Below are positions 13,900 through 24,660 of a stretch of 64,000 nucleotides of DNA, piece by piece. Source of the DNA: Rhina ancylostomus (taxonomy: Eukaryota). The stretch spans positions 84,608,357-84,672,356 of the forward strand of contig JARFYF010000084.1 in the NCBI GenBank assembly GCA_030265395.1, in the 5' to 3' direction. Within the stretch, counting starts at the first letter, position 1; the number at the start of each line of letters is the position of its first letter. The position numbers and the translations under genes were made by a program. A model generated the notes under the pieces. That model was not told the DNA's origin. It did not search any database and worked only from the letters and a program-made list of their open reading frames with translations.

Positions 13900-15800
13900 G
13901 TGTGATTATATTGATCTGGGACATATCTACAGATTTTCTTGATGAGGCTTCCATCTCTGGATTCATTGAAGGTGTCATTTCTCGACTTTCAGATATGTTC
14001 TGCATAGACTCTTCTACCAGTGTAGGACTCCTTATTTTTAATCTTTTTCAGTGTTCTTGCGATGTTGGCACCCAATCTTCATCACTATTCTCTTGGGTAT
14101 TTGTGCTGAGATCATGTGGTTCACAGGAACCTTCCTGAACCTCTCACTAATTCTTACAAGATAACCTCTCTGATATCTCGTTTTCCCATTTCTGACCTGC
14201 TGGAGGTCTCAGCACACAACCTTTATCATGAAATACAAACCCCCTCCCTTTATTGCATGTGCTGTGATGTTTTAACTGCCTTTCTTCCACCTTTCCTTCC
14301 AGATTGAATTGAACTTGACTCAGATGCACACTGAGTCTTCTGTGCATCAGCACTTCTGCAGGAGTGTACCCTGTAGTGGAGTGTGGCTTCGATCTATAAC
14401 TCAGAAGAAAAGTTGTGAGTTGATATTTCATAGTAATATTTACTTTGCTTCCTAAGAGTTGCTTTTTCAGTGTATATACTGGAAGTATATATACTTCCAC
14501 TCTATATACTGATCTACCTGCTTCTCTATTTGATGCTTCGTTGCAATGAGATGTGAAGTAATATTCAATTCCATTTTGTATTACAATCTGCTCAAACTGA
14601 AACAACTAAAACTGTGGACCATTATCAATGCCCCATCTTTGCAAAGACCATGTATTGCAAGCATGGATCCAAATTCTTCTGTTATGCATTCGATGACCTA
14701 TGTGCTTTATCACAATTCACTTTGAATAACTGTCCACTAACATCATTCTCTCTCATTGTAGTCCATGTGGACTCACTGGCATGGTGTTGAGGGTCATTTC
14801 TACACTTGGACTGGAGCACATGAATGGGTATTTAGCCCTTGTGCCCCTTAATACCAATAAGAGAGTCTTTGAACACCTCTGCAGAGGTTCCAGAAGTTTA
14901 TCTAGACATGGTTGTAAAGTGCTCATTCTGAAGATGTTCTTCAAATCATTCTTTAATTCTCTAAGTATATCTTTCCTGAAAATGGCATTTTGCTGTATAC
15001 TTATTTGCATGGTCCATTATCATGCCAGAACTCTACTGGGCCCTGCTATGGTCGTAACTCAATTCTACCAACTGTTGATGAAGAATGAACTATAATAGTG
15101 GGGGATGGGAGTGTTCAAAGAAGGCGTATGACCTCAGCATCAGGATATACATACCTGTACTACCCAAGATAGATCAGTCAGCAGCTGTGTAAAAGTTTAC
15201 ATAGATAGAAAGGTAATTAACTTTTATTTTAACTTTAAAAATGCTGCCTTTCCTATTGATACTACAATGGCATCTCTACTGTTTAAAATTTGCTCTTCAG
15301 ACCAGTTACCAGCCTCAGCGTCATAGAGACTNNNNNNNNNNNNNNNNNNNNNNNNNNNNNNNNNNNNNNNNNNNNNNNNNNNNNNNNNNNNNNNNNNNNN
15401 NNNNNNNNNNNNNNNNNNNNNNNNNNNNNNNAGCCTCAGCGTCATAGAGACTTCTCCTTTGCAGTTTCCTTTTGTCAATATTTCCCTTTCTCGATGAACC
15501 CACTTGGCTGATACTATTGTGCCTTGCCATATGTATCTTTCATTGCACATTGAGGCAATGTACCTTTTCTTCTACAATTAAAGCATCTTGTTGGTATGTC
15601 TGTGAAGGTGATCTCCAGTATACCAGCAGCAGCTTTCGCTGTTCATCATGGTTTTTGTACTGCTTTCATTTACATGACCTGGGCTTAACAGCAAAGCTCC
15701 TGCCTTTGCTACTATCTTCTGCCCATCTGTTATGCACTAGCCAAACACCCTGGCATTTTCAGAAGCGATCTCCATTGATGTGCTATTTTATACATGCATT
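13900..15800 (-). mobile_element. Degenerate Ty3/Gypsy LTR-retrotransposon internal region (gag and integrase remnants)
   Basis: Minus-strand integrase motifs IDNGPQ (about 14610-14630) and FLLSYRSKPHSTTGYTPAEVLMHRRL (ORF 14147-14605); gag-like TSMEIASENA and decayed Cys/His knuckles at 15.5-15.8 kb. Many stops and deletions; no LTRs identified. Confidence 0.75.
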
Positions 15801-16061
15801 CAAATCTGTTCATCTGTTAAGCTACACATGACTTTGTCTCGCTACACTTGTCCAGAAAGGTTCCAAGGTTACAATGTTGTGACAAGTTCTTCAAGGCCAC
15901 TGTTTAATCACTATGGACCTTGCCTGACCTTTGAGTTCTGGTTGCAAGTTTACATATTTCTATGATCTCCAAGAGTGCTGGGTTAAATTGATTCAGTAAT
16001 CTCCATCAGCTCACCAAATGAAATATTTTTTTTGTTGTGTGCATCAGATCTAAGTCACTTA

Positions 16062-16157
16062 CTATCTGTGACTATTTCTATCAGTGAGGTTGTTTCCTTC
16101 TTTCTCTCTAGCAAAACAGTGACTATTCAAAATGCGCTGGAGGGAGATCTTGACCAT
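16062..16157 (-). pseudogene. OAZ1: Ornithine decarboxylase antizyme 1 (OAZ1)-like exon 1 fragment, nested antisense in an AHRR intron; functional status unknown
   Basis: Minus strand reads ggccggATGGTCAAGATCTCCCTCCAGCGCATTTTGAATAGTCACTGTTTTGCTAGAGAGAAAGAAGGA = [21 protein letters not shown], 20/21 identical to vertebrate OAZ1 [21 protein letters not shown]. It continues [10 protein letters not shown], then TA|gtaagt (a donor, or TAG stop if unspliced). Homology is very confident; the pseudogene call is less so. Confidence 0.85.
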
Positions 16158-16615
16158 CCGGCCTTAGGTTGCTCCACGGGACACCAGCTGAAAAGCGGTG
16201 TGGTGCCGGCGCTGGTCTGGTCGGGGGAGGGAGCGCAGACAGAGCGAGCACCTCGCACACGCAGCGGAGCCAGCCGGCTCTCTGTGACGCAACTCCCGCC
16301 GGGCGGGGGTATTTATAGGCGGCCGCCGCGCCGCCTCCTGGGAGTCGGGTCCGCGCGTTTTTCCCGCCTGTTTTTTTTTACAAATTCGCCTCGTCCGTTC
16401 ATCCCCAACCGCCGCCGGGACCCGGGGCAACGGCGGACACTTCTTCTGTTTAAATTATAGACAACCCAGCCGCCGACGCAGGTTAGCCAGCCCCGGGGCA
16501 TTGTGGGAGGCTCCGTTTAAAATGTCTGAATTAGGTTTAATTTTATGTTTAAAGTTGCCCCAGCTTCTTTTTTCGGAGGGGCGGGCGGTTTCGAGGGCGG
16601 CGGAGGGTTTTGGTT
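16133..16615 (-). promoter_or_regulatory. CpG island and TATA promoter plus 5'UTR of the OAZ1-like exon
   Basis: Dense CpG/GC block in a CpG-depleted intron. TATAAATA on the minus strand at 16310-16317, 160 nt upstream of the ATG, with no intervening ATG. GC boxes; E2F-type TTTCCCGC at 16360-16367; CRE-half TGACG at about 16285. Cut off by the gap at 16616-16733. Confidence 0.85.
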
Positions 16616-17139
16616 NNNNNNNNNNNNNNNNNNNNNNNNNNNNNNNNNNNNNNNNNNNNNNNNNNNNNNNNNNNNNNNNNNNNNNNNNNNNNNNNNNNNN
16701 NNNNNNNNNNNNNNNNNNNNNNNNNNNNNNNNNTTTGTGATAAAAATACAGATGAGGTACTGAGAGAAGATATTTAAAATCACCCAGGCCACATGAATCT
16801 CATAATCTATAGCCGTCTGGACCTCAGTGAGAAAGGGCATTTATAATCATCAAGCTGTTAAGTCAGACATGTTTAAAATTGGTCCAACCTCACTGAAGAG
16901 GTATTTTAAATATCGCAGGGTGGGGGTGAGGGGAGGGGGAATGGGTAGAATGGTCAGCTTGTCAGATTGTTCCTACACTTTAAATGAAATTAAAAGAAGA
17001 TCAGTATGTAGCATGAACTTCCCCTTGAAGTATTGCTGGCAAGAGCCCCGGGACCAGTTAAGTGCCAGTGGAATGTAGTGATTACTGGAATCTGCTGTCC
17101 TTCTGAAAATTGAACATCCCTTTATATAGCATATTTAAC

Positions 17140-17800
17140 ATAACAAAACATCCCAAGGGCTTCACAAGAGCTTTATCAAACAAAATTTGACACCAGCAAA
17201 TGAAAATCAAGAAGTTGAAAATGTTGGAAATCTGAAATAAAGACAGAAAATGTTGGAAATCTGAAATGAAGACAGAAAATGCTAGAAATTCTCAGCAAGT
17301 CAGGCATCATTTGTAGAAAGGGAAATAGAGTTAAATTTCAAGTCAAAGACTCATTGTCAGAAGTGAAATGTTAATTCTGATTCATTTTCCACAGATGCTG
17401 CTTGACCTGCTGAGTGCTGCCAGCAATTTGTTTTATTTAAAATTTGACACCAAATTACATAAGAGTAGATGATTGTAGAGGGTCAAAATCTTGGTAAAAG
17501 TTAGGGTTTAAGAAGTATCTTAGAGGTGGAAAAGGAGGCAGCAAACTACAGAGTTTAAGGGACCAGATTTCAGAGTTTGGGAACTTGGAAACTCACAGGG
17601 ATGTAGATGTAAAGGAACTTAAAAAATTATTACTGAACATGAAGTCAATATAGGTCAGTGAGCACCAAGATAATGGGTGAACGGGACTTGGCAAGATTTT
17701 GGGCACAGACAGCAGAAATTTGGATGACTTCCAGTTTGCAGAGAAGGGATCAATGGAGGCTGACCAATGTGTGTTGGAAAAGTCAGGGATTAATTTATTA
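17140..17800 (-). mobile_element. Old L2-type LINE 3' end, interrupted by a Penelope-like insertion (17196-17438)
   Basis: Host resembles 33890-34080. The insert has inverted gatgctgcttgacctgctgagt motifs and a 29-bp tandem duplication, and is flanked by aaaatttgacacca at 17182-17195 and 17439-17452. Confidence 0.6.
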
Positions 17801-18899
17801 AAGATAGAGATGAGCTTTTGCAACTGGATTTATCTTGAGACAGTAAAACTCATAGCAGAAAAAGGAAAGATTTGTTCATTTTCTTTGAATAAAGGCTGGA
17901 AATTGAATGCTTCAGCACTGCTCAGGACTCAGTGCATTAACTACAAATCTAGCATTCAAGTACTAATTTTCTGTTCACTTCAATGAAAGACGTATAAGGA
18001 TGAAGGTGAGGTTATATTAGGTAATTGCAGTAGGTTACTTATAATTGCAACCTTTGCATAATATCAAGCTTGTGCCAGAAGAAACACTCCAGACTCCTTT
18101 TCAACAGGCTGGTCTCATGCAATGGACATTCGATCCGCCAGCTGCAATGTTCTGTGATGTNNNNNNNNNNNNNNNNNNNNNNNNNNNNNNNNNNNNNNNN
18201 NNNNNNNNNNNNNNNNNNNNNNNNNNNNNNNNNNNNNNNNNNNNNNNNNNNNNNNNNNNNGCCAGCTGCAATGTTCTGTGATGTGTTTCAAGTGTTGGCT
18301 ACTTGTGACAATCGTGTACAAATGTTCAGTCATTGTTTTCTTCTATTCAGCCCATAGCGTGCCACAGCTCTGGAAAATATGGAAATGATAAATATTTCAG
18401 AAAGCCATATCACCCAAAGCATTCCTGTCAGTGAGGAGGGGGAGGGGAAAAACAAGTTTTATTTAAAGATTTTAGTCCATTGTAAAGTACAGTTAATCAG
18501 AAGAGGGAGCCACAGCTGGTGTTTACCCAAAGCCTAAGCACAGCAGGAGACTGATCATGCTGCTATATGTTAGGTGTGATAGTGCGGTATTCTTCTCTGC
18601 TAGTTTCAATGGCCCAAGTGATTTTTGATTGCATTTTTTCTTGAATGAAGCACTTAATTTAGGTGCCTTAGGTGGTGTAAAATATAACACTGTGTTCTTC
18701 AAGGAACTTCCTTGGCAAAATACTTATTGCTCAATCAGTCTCACTAGAACAAACTTTCTTGTCATTACTTAATTATTATTCTGAATACAAGCTGAATGCA
18801 GGGTTTCCCACATTAAAATGGTGAGAATCTTTCAGATAGCATGAAATCTAATTGCAGGGCATTTTGAGATGGACTGAAGTTGTGAAACCTGCAATATAA

Positions 18900-19199
18900 C
18901 ATGGCAGTGTAGCGGTTAGCGTAACACTATTACAGCACCAGCAACCCGGGTTCAATTCTGCCGTTGTCTGTAAGGAGTTTGTACGTTTTCCCCATGTCTG
19001 CGTGAGTTTCCTCAGCGTGCTCCGGTTTTCTCCCACATTCCAAAGATGTACAGATTAGGAGCAGTGGGCATGTTGGTGCTAGAAGAGTGGCAACACTTGC
19101 GGGCTGCCCCCATCACATTCTCAGTAATGCAAAGAGATGCATTTCACTGTGTGTTTCGATGTACGTGTGACTAATAAACAAATATTTTATCTTATCTTC
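18900..19199 (+). mobile_element. Near full-length tRNA-derived V-SINE (HE1-like), nested in the tail of an older SINE
   Basis: A-box-like gtgtagcggttag, B-box gggttcaattc, V-domain tgcgtgagtttcctcagcgtgctccggttttctcccacattccaaaga, aataaa and (ttatc)n tail. Confidence 0.85.
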
Positions 19200-19864
19200 T
19201 AAATGTAGGCTTTTTTATTTCATCCAATAGAAGATGAGACTTGTTTTATTAGATGAATAAAACATGTCTCATCTATTCATGATGAGAGGAAAGTGATAAA
19301 CAGTGAGAGGATCTTACGATAAAGTTAGCAATTATTCATGGTTTTGATTCACCAAATATACAAAGTTCTTTAACCAGGGGGGGAATAGTTAATAATGCTA
19401 ATTTCTAAACCTTTCTTGTTTTCCTACATCCCAGTCCTTTATTCAATCAGTAGTGAGATAACCTAAACTCAAGCCTATGCCACTCAGCTCAGTTACCAGT
19501 TACTAAGTGTTAACTGACTCAGGTGGATTTATCTTGTTTCTCCTGCTGAAGATATAGGGCTTAGCCTAATGGGCTGACACTAGCTGCGAACTGAAGATGG
19601 CGTGATCCAGGTGTGAAACTTTGCTTTCAGATGCCAGTACATAAATCACTATCACCTAGCATATACCATATACACAAGTGTATAAATCACATCACCAAGT
19701 CCCTACCAGTCAATGCACACCAGTATATCACTATTATCCAGTACACACCAGTATCTGCATCACCAACTCCCAGTGTACACCATTTAGTCCCCATCAGTAT
19801 GTAAGCCACCACTATTAAGCATATATGATACACTATTAAGCACACTGGATATAAATCACCAGCA

Positions 19865-19960
19865 ACAAACAAGGTGCTGGAGAAATTCAGCAGGTCAGGC
19901 AGCATCAGTGGAGGGAAATGGACAGTTGATGTTTTGGGTCAGGACCCTTCATCGGTCCAG
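19865..19960 (-). mobile_element. Penelope-like fragment with 8-bp flanking direct repeat
   Basis: cagcaggtcaggcagcatc motif, decayed hammerhead core, caccagca at 19857-19864 and 19961-19968. Confidence 0.6.
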
Positions 19961-20011
19961 CACCAGCACCTAAAATACACCATACAATGGACAGCTATAC
20001 ATACATATAAG

Positions 20012-20440
20012 TGCATTGTTTAGTGCTGATATATATTGATTTGGATTATATGGTATCAAATGGATTAAGGAATGTTGGGGGAATGGCAGGTATATTGGCA
20101 AGATAGTTTTAGATATGCATCCCAACAATACCCATCAGCTTGGGTAGTGTACAGAAGTGAACATTGCATACCAGAATATAATTTCCCAGCACTCAGTGCA
20201 CACCATTCAGACCACACAATGCTAGCACACAAAGTGTGGTGTAGAGGAACATGAGTAAGGTATTTAGCATCCCTACAGTGAAACACGTTCATTCATCTTG
20301 TTGATTTCATAAGCTGATGGGTATTGTTGGGATGCATATCTGAAACTATCTTGCCAATATACCTGCCATTCCCCCAAAATTCCTTAATCCATTTGATACC
20401 ATATAATCCAATTCAATATATATCAGCACTAAACAATGCA
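20012..20440. repeat. Long inverted repeat: two 130-bp arms (3 mismatches), 169-bp spacer
   Basis: 20012-20141 is the reverse complement of 20311-20440, compared base by base. Confidence 0.95.
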
Positions 20441-21881
20441 TTAAAAGCACACAGTGCATCCTAACAATACTCATAAGCTTATGACATCCAGAGACTAATT
20501 CACAGACATCCACAGACTAAATTATCTCACTGTTGTTACATTAGCCTTGAAACAAGCCAAGCCAAACCAGAATATCCACTCCTTCTACCATCATTGCATG
20601 CTAATAACAGTGTGTACTACCTTCCAGATGCACTGCAGCACATTGCCAACACTTTTTTGACAACACCTCCCAAATCTGCAATACCCATGCTCAAGAACAA
20701 AATGGGAAGCAGGTACATACGAATACTGCCACCTCCAGTTTTCATACAAACATATGAATTAGGAGCAGAAGTAGTCAGCATCTGCAGGATTTCTTGTGCC
20801 TCCATCGACCTTCAAGCCTGCTGCACTATTCAATGAGACCACGGCTGATCCAACTATATCTTCAATTCTACGCTTCTGTTTAACTCAAGAGTCAATCTAC
20901 CTCTGCCTTAAAAATTACTCAAAGGCTTTGCTTTGATTGCCCTTTGAAGAAGGGAGTTCCAGAGACTAACAACGCTCAGAGAAAAGATTTTGACACATCT
21001 CTGCCTTAAATGGACAACCCCTTATTTTTTTAACAGTGATTTCAAGTTCAAGGTTCTCTCACAGGAGGAAACATCCTCTCCATATCCACCTTGCCAAGAC
21101 CCCTAGGTCATACGTAATCCTCATTTAAAAACATGTTGCCTGCATTGTTACCAGATCAAGACCAAGGTAGTCTCTAGCTGTTAACATTATGAAACTGTGA
21201 AAGCATTGTCACTGCACTTTCCACAGAGGTTCAGGAATGAGGTATGTCACTATCTTCTTAAGGCAACTAGGGACATGCAATAAATGTTGGTCTTTCTAGT
21301 AATGCTCACATCTTGTGAATAAAAAGCCAAGAAAATTCTCGTGATCCCAGGAATCTCAGGTAGTTTGGGGAGAATGAAGTTTTGATACAATTGGCCTCTG
21401 CCTCATTTTCCCTTCTCTGTTCCTGAGAACATTCCCCACTGAGACAAACGAGGAATAGAATTATAGAATCATAGAAAATTTATGACAATGAAGAAGGCTA
21501 TTTTGCACTTCATCTACCAAGCTTTCATGCAGTGAGTTCCAGGCCCCGACTAACCTCTGGCTGAAATTTTTTTCCCTAATCTGTCCTTTAATCCTTCTAC
21601 CATTTACTTTAAGTCTATGTCCCCTAGTTTTTGATCCTATATTTAGGGAAGGAATATTTATTTTTCATTGCCTAAATGAACACTTAAGACTATTCTAGAG
21701 AAAACCAGGAATGATATTGATTTTCTGATCTTTATATTGAATGCAGGACCTGGTATATCTTCTCCATCCTATTGTATCTTTACCTTATCTTGATTAATTT
21801 GATCTGCACCATTAACCCAAAATCTGATTTCTGTTCATTGGTGCCAGCTTCAATGTAACTTGTCTACTTTTGTCTCTGCAG

Positions 21882-22017
21882 ACTGACATGATGCACCAGA
21901 GCGTGTACGACTTCATCCATGTCGATGATCGACAGGAGTTCCAGAGGCAGCTACACTGGGCCATGAATCCACCGCAGCAGGTGTCTGGGCAGGATCCTCT
22001 GGAGCAGGGAACTAGCA
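21882..22017 (+). CDS. AHRR: AHRR coding exon, PAS-A
   Basis: ctgcag| ... |gtgagt; 136 nt, phase 0/1; [33 protein letters not shown]... (HWAMNPP is AHRR-type). Confidence 0.95.
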
Positions 22018-23029
22018 GTGAGTACATTCAAACTATTTCCTTCTCATAGTGTAAAGTCAAGTGCAAGGAGTGTCCCTTGGATTTTACAGTCATAGTAAAA
22101 GACTAGTTTGTGATTGCATGCCATTCATTTTTCATAGCACATTTTGGCAAACATATGGATTTCTAGATTACTTCAGCTGATATTAAGAGTCCACAGAAAG
22201 CATGAGATGAAATCTAGTGTAGCTCAAGGTCACCTCAGGCTTGAAGATAAGGAGCCCATTGGATGTGAGTCACTTTGACTTTTATTTCCCTCCTAATATT
22301 CAGTTGCATTGACTTTGAATGAAAAGATGATGTTCAGTGGCCTACCAATTCCCTATTGCCCATTTTGGACTCTCATACATTCAAAATGACGTCCAGTGGT
22401 AGGTTTATATTGTAAACTGTTAATTTTCAAGGTTGCCCCGAAGAACTAGCCTACAAATTATAGACAGATTAAATATTAATTTCTATGATTAGTGTTTGGG
22501 GACTGGGGAAGTGGATTGTGGTGGTTGATGGAGGTCTAAACTCACAATTTCTTTGAGATTTAAATAATAAATTATGTCAGTTTGGCTCAGTTGGTCTCAT
22601 TTCTAGGTCAGGAGATTTTGGGTTCAAGCTCCATTTCTGGACTTGAGCCCAAAATCTAAACAGACAACTCATTACAGTATTTGGTGAATATTGCTTAGTC
22701 TGAGGCCCTGTTGCATTGTCTGAGGGATATTACATTGGCATTAGACCTGTCTATAAAGCTGGATGTTAAAGATCCTGCAGATCGATTTTAAATGGAGCAG
22801 AGGGAATGTTCCTCCCTCTCAGCCAACGTTCTTCCCTCGAGCTACACCACTAAGATGAATTGCATTCAAAATGATTGCTGTTCAGTCATGAATCAATAAT
22901 GATTATAATTCATTTGACATAAAGCACTTTGGGATGTTCTCAAATGTGTGATAATGTACTACATATAAAACAAAAATGCACCAAAAGGGCTGATGGTTCC
23001 TGTTGTTCAGCTTATTGTTTTATCTCTTG

Positions 23030-23330
23030 AAATATCAAAAGCAAGAAGGCATAGGTTTATGGTGTGAGGAAGGCATTTTAAAGGGCACCTGAGGGGGTAA
23101 ATTTTTTACACAGAGAGTGACTGATATCTGGAACATGCTGCTGGAGGAGATGGTGGAATCAGATAGAATTGCCACATTTAAGAGACATTTAGATAGATAC
23201 TAAATAGACAAGGCACAGAAGGATACAATCTTAATGCAGACACATGGGATTAGTGTAGAGGAGTAGAAAGGTCGGCAAGGATGTGGTGGGCCAAAGGGCT
23301 TGTTTCTGTGCTGTATAACTCTATGACAGA
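23030..23330 (+). mobile_element. CR1 LINE 3' end
   Basis: tttttacacagagagtg..tggaacatgctgctggaggagatggtgga..gggccaaagggcttgtttctgtgctgtataactctatga. Confidence 0.8.
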
Positions 23331-23377
23331 TGATCTTCTGGTGCTCGATGTATGATAGTGCTCTCATCCAATTTTAG

Positions 23378-23505
23378 GTGAAGAGTATCTGGGTTCTTTC
23401 AAAGCTTATGACCCAAAAGTTCTGCCACCAGAATTTTCTCCATTCCTGAACCGTTGTTTTGTCATCCGAGTGCGTTGCCTACTGGACAGCACTTCAGGAT
23501 TCCTG
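23378..23505 (+). CDS. AHRR: AHRR coding exon, PAS-A
   Basis: ttttag| ... |gtaggt; 128 nt, phase 1/0; ...[27 protein letters not shown] (LDSTSGFL is AHRR-type; AHR has LDNSSGFL). Confidence 0.95.
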
Positions 23506-24601
23506 GTAGGTTAACAGCTGAGGATGACGTGCAAGAGAAAGAAAGTCCATCTGCCAGGTGACTTAAGATAGAAACAGTGAAGTTAATATTGAGAACCTAC
23601 AATTTATGCTATGGTGTGGAGTTTTCAATTGCATGTGTCAGATCCATCACAGATCCGTCTGCAGCCTCACACAGCAGATATGATTGCATAAAGGGACCTT
23701 CTACCTACATTAAATGATCACTTGAAAAAATAAAATAATAAATCCAAAATTGTCATTCTTCCGACCACAGATCGGCTTGTATTTATTTAATAGCAATTAG
23801 ATTTTGTGGCCTTTATAAAACAGTGCCTTCCCACATCCACCACACCTCCCAACAGGATTAGTATTGAGAATGTGACATTTTCACTCATTGCAGCCCAGGT
23901 AATTACCTGTCTGATGTGATATTCATGTAGCTTAAAGTTAACTGATGGTTTGGGAAAGATTTGCAGCACTCAGTATGCATCCTTCTGAATAGCTTCTGTA
24001 GAGTACCTCCAACTTAAAATCACAGCTCTTTATTTCAACAAGTAACAACTACTGCTAACTCACAAAACCAAAAGTGGCAATGAAATGCTGGTGAAGGATA
24101 TTGCACAGACATTAAAGCAAACTGTACAGCACAGACACAAGCCATTCAATCCAGCTCGTACATACACATGTATATGCTTTGCATGAGACTCTTGCTTTGC
24201 CTTGTTCATCTTACCATCATGATACCCTTCCATTCCTTCCCATCAATTAGCCTCTTCCTAAGTACATTAATGATCCTTGCCTCAAATAATCCACATGGAT
24301 TCAGAGGTTCCACATTATAACCTGGTGATGCAGGACTCTTGTGGGGATAGGGTTAAGTTGGCAATATGTAACACTTGCTGTGTTAACTTACATGAAACAT
24401 ACCTTAGTTTAACAGAGCAGCATTCTTCTATCAAAGCCTCTTAGGACTTTTGATACTTGCTATCAAATTTTTACTTTTTCTCCAACGTAATGCTCTCTCC
24501 TATGCACATTTACCCCTTGAATCGTTCCCTCCTCACTCTCTCTGGTTCTTCCTGCTGCCTGAACTTCATTTCTTATTTCTCTCTTGCTCCACTGCACTCC
24601 T

Positions 24602-24660
24602 GGTAGGTCATCTGTAGTTCGATTAGATCATGGATCTAATCGAACTACAGATGACCTACC
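24602..24660. repeat. Perfect hairpin: 28-bp arms, 3-nt loop
   Basis: ggtaggtcatctgtagttcgattagatc-atg-gatctaatcgaactacagatgacctacc. Confidence 0.95.

Noticed and set aside
15311-15452. agcctcagcgtcatagagact repeated on both sides of a 100-N gap
   Set aside because: Typical unmerged contig overlap, not a biological repeat.
16032-16501. ORF-track ORFs of 62-142 aa across the intronic CpG island
   Set aside because: GC-rich stop-poor artefacts; the real signal is the 31-codon minus-strand ORF.
18137-18284. gccagctgcaatgttctgtgatgt repeated across a 100-N gap
   Set aside because: Same assembly artefact.
18998-19005. GCGTG cores inside SINE/LINE copies (also about 30494 and 46453)
   Set aside because: Part of repeat consensus; no independent evidence of XRE function.
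19630-19860. Degenerate ca-rich tandem-like tract as a possible spaced-repeat array
   Set aside because: No constant repeat unit or spacer length; decayed low-complexity sequence in a vertebrate intron.
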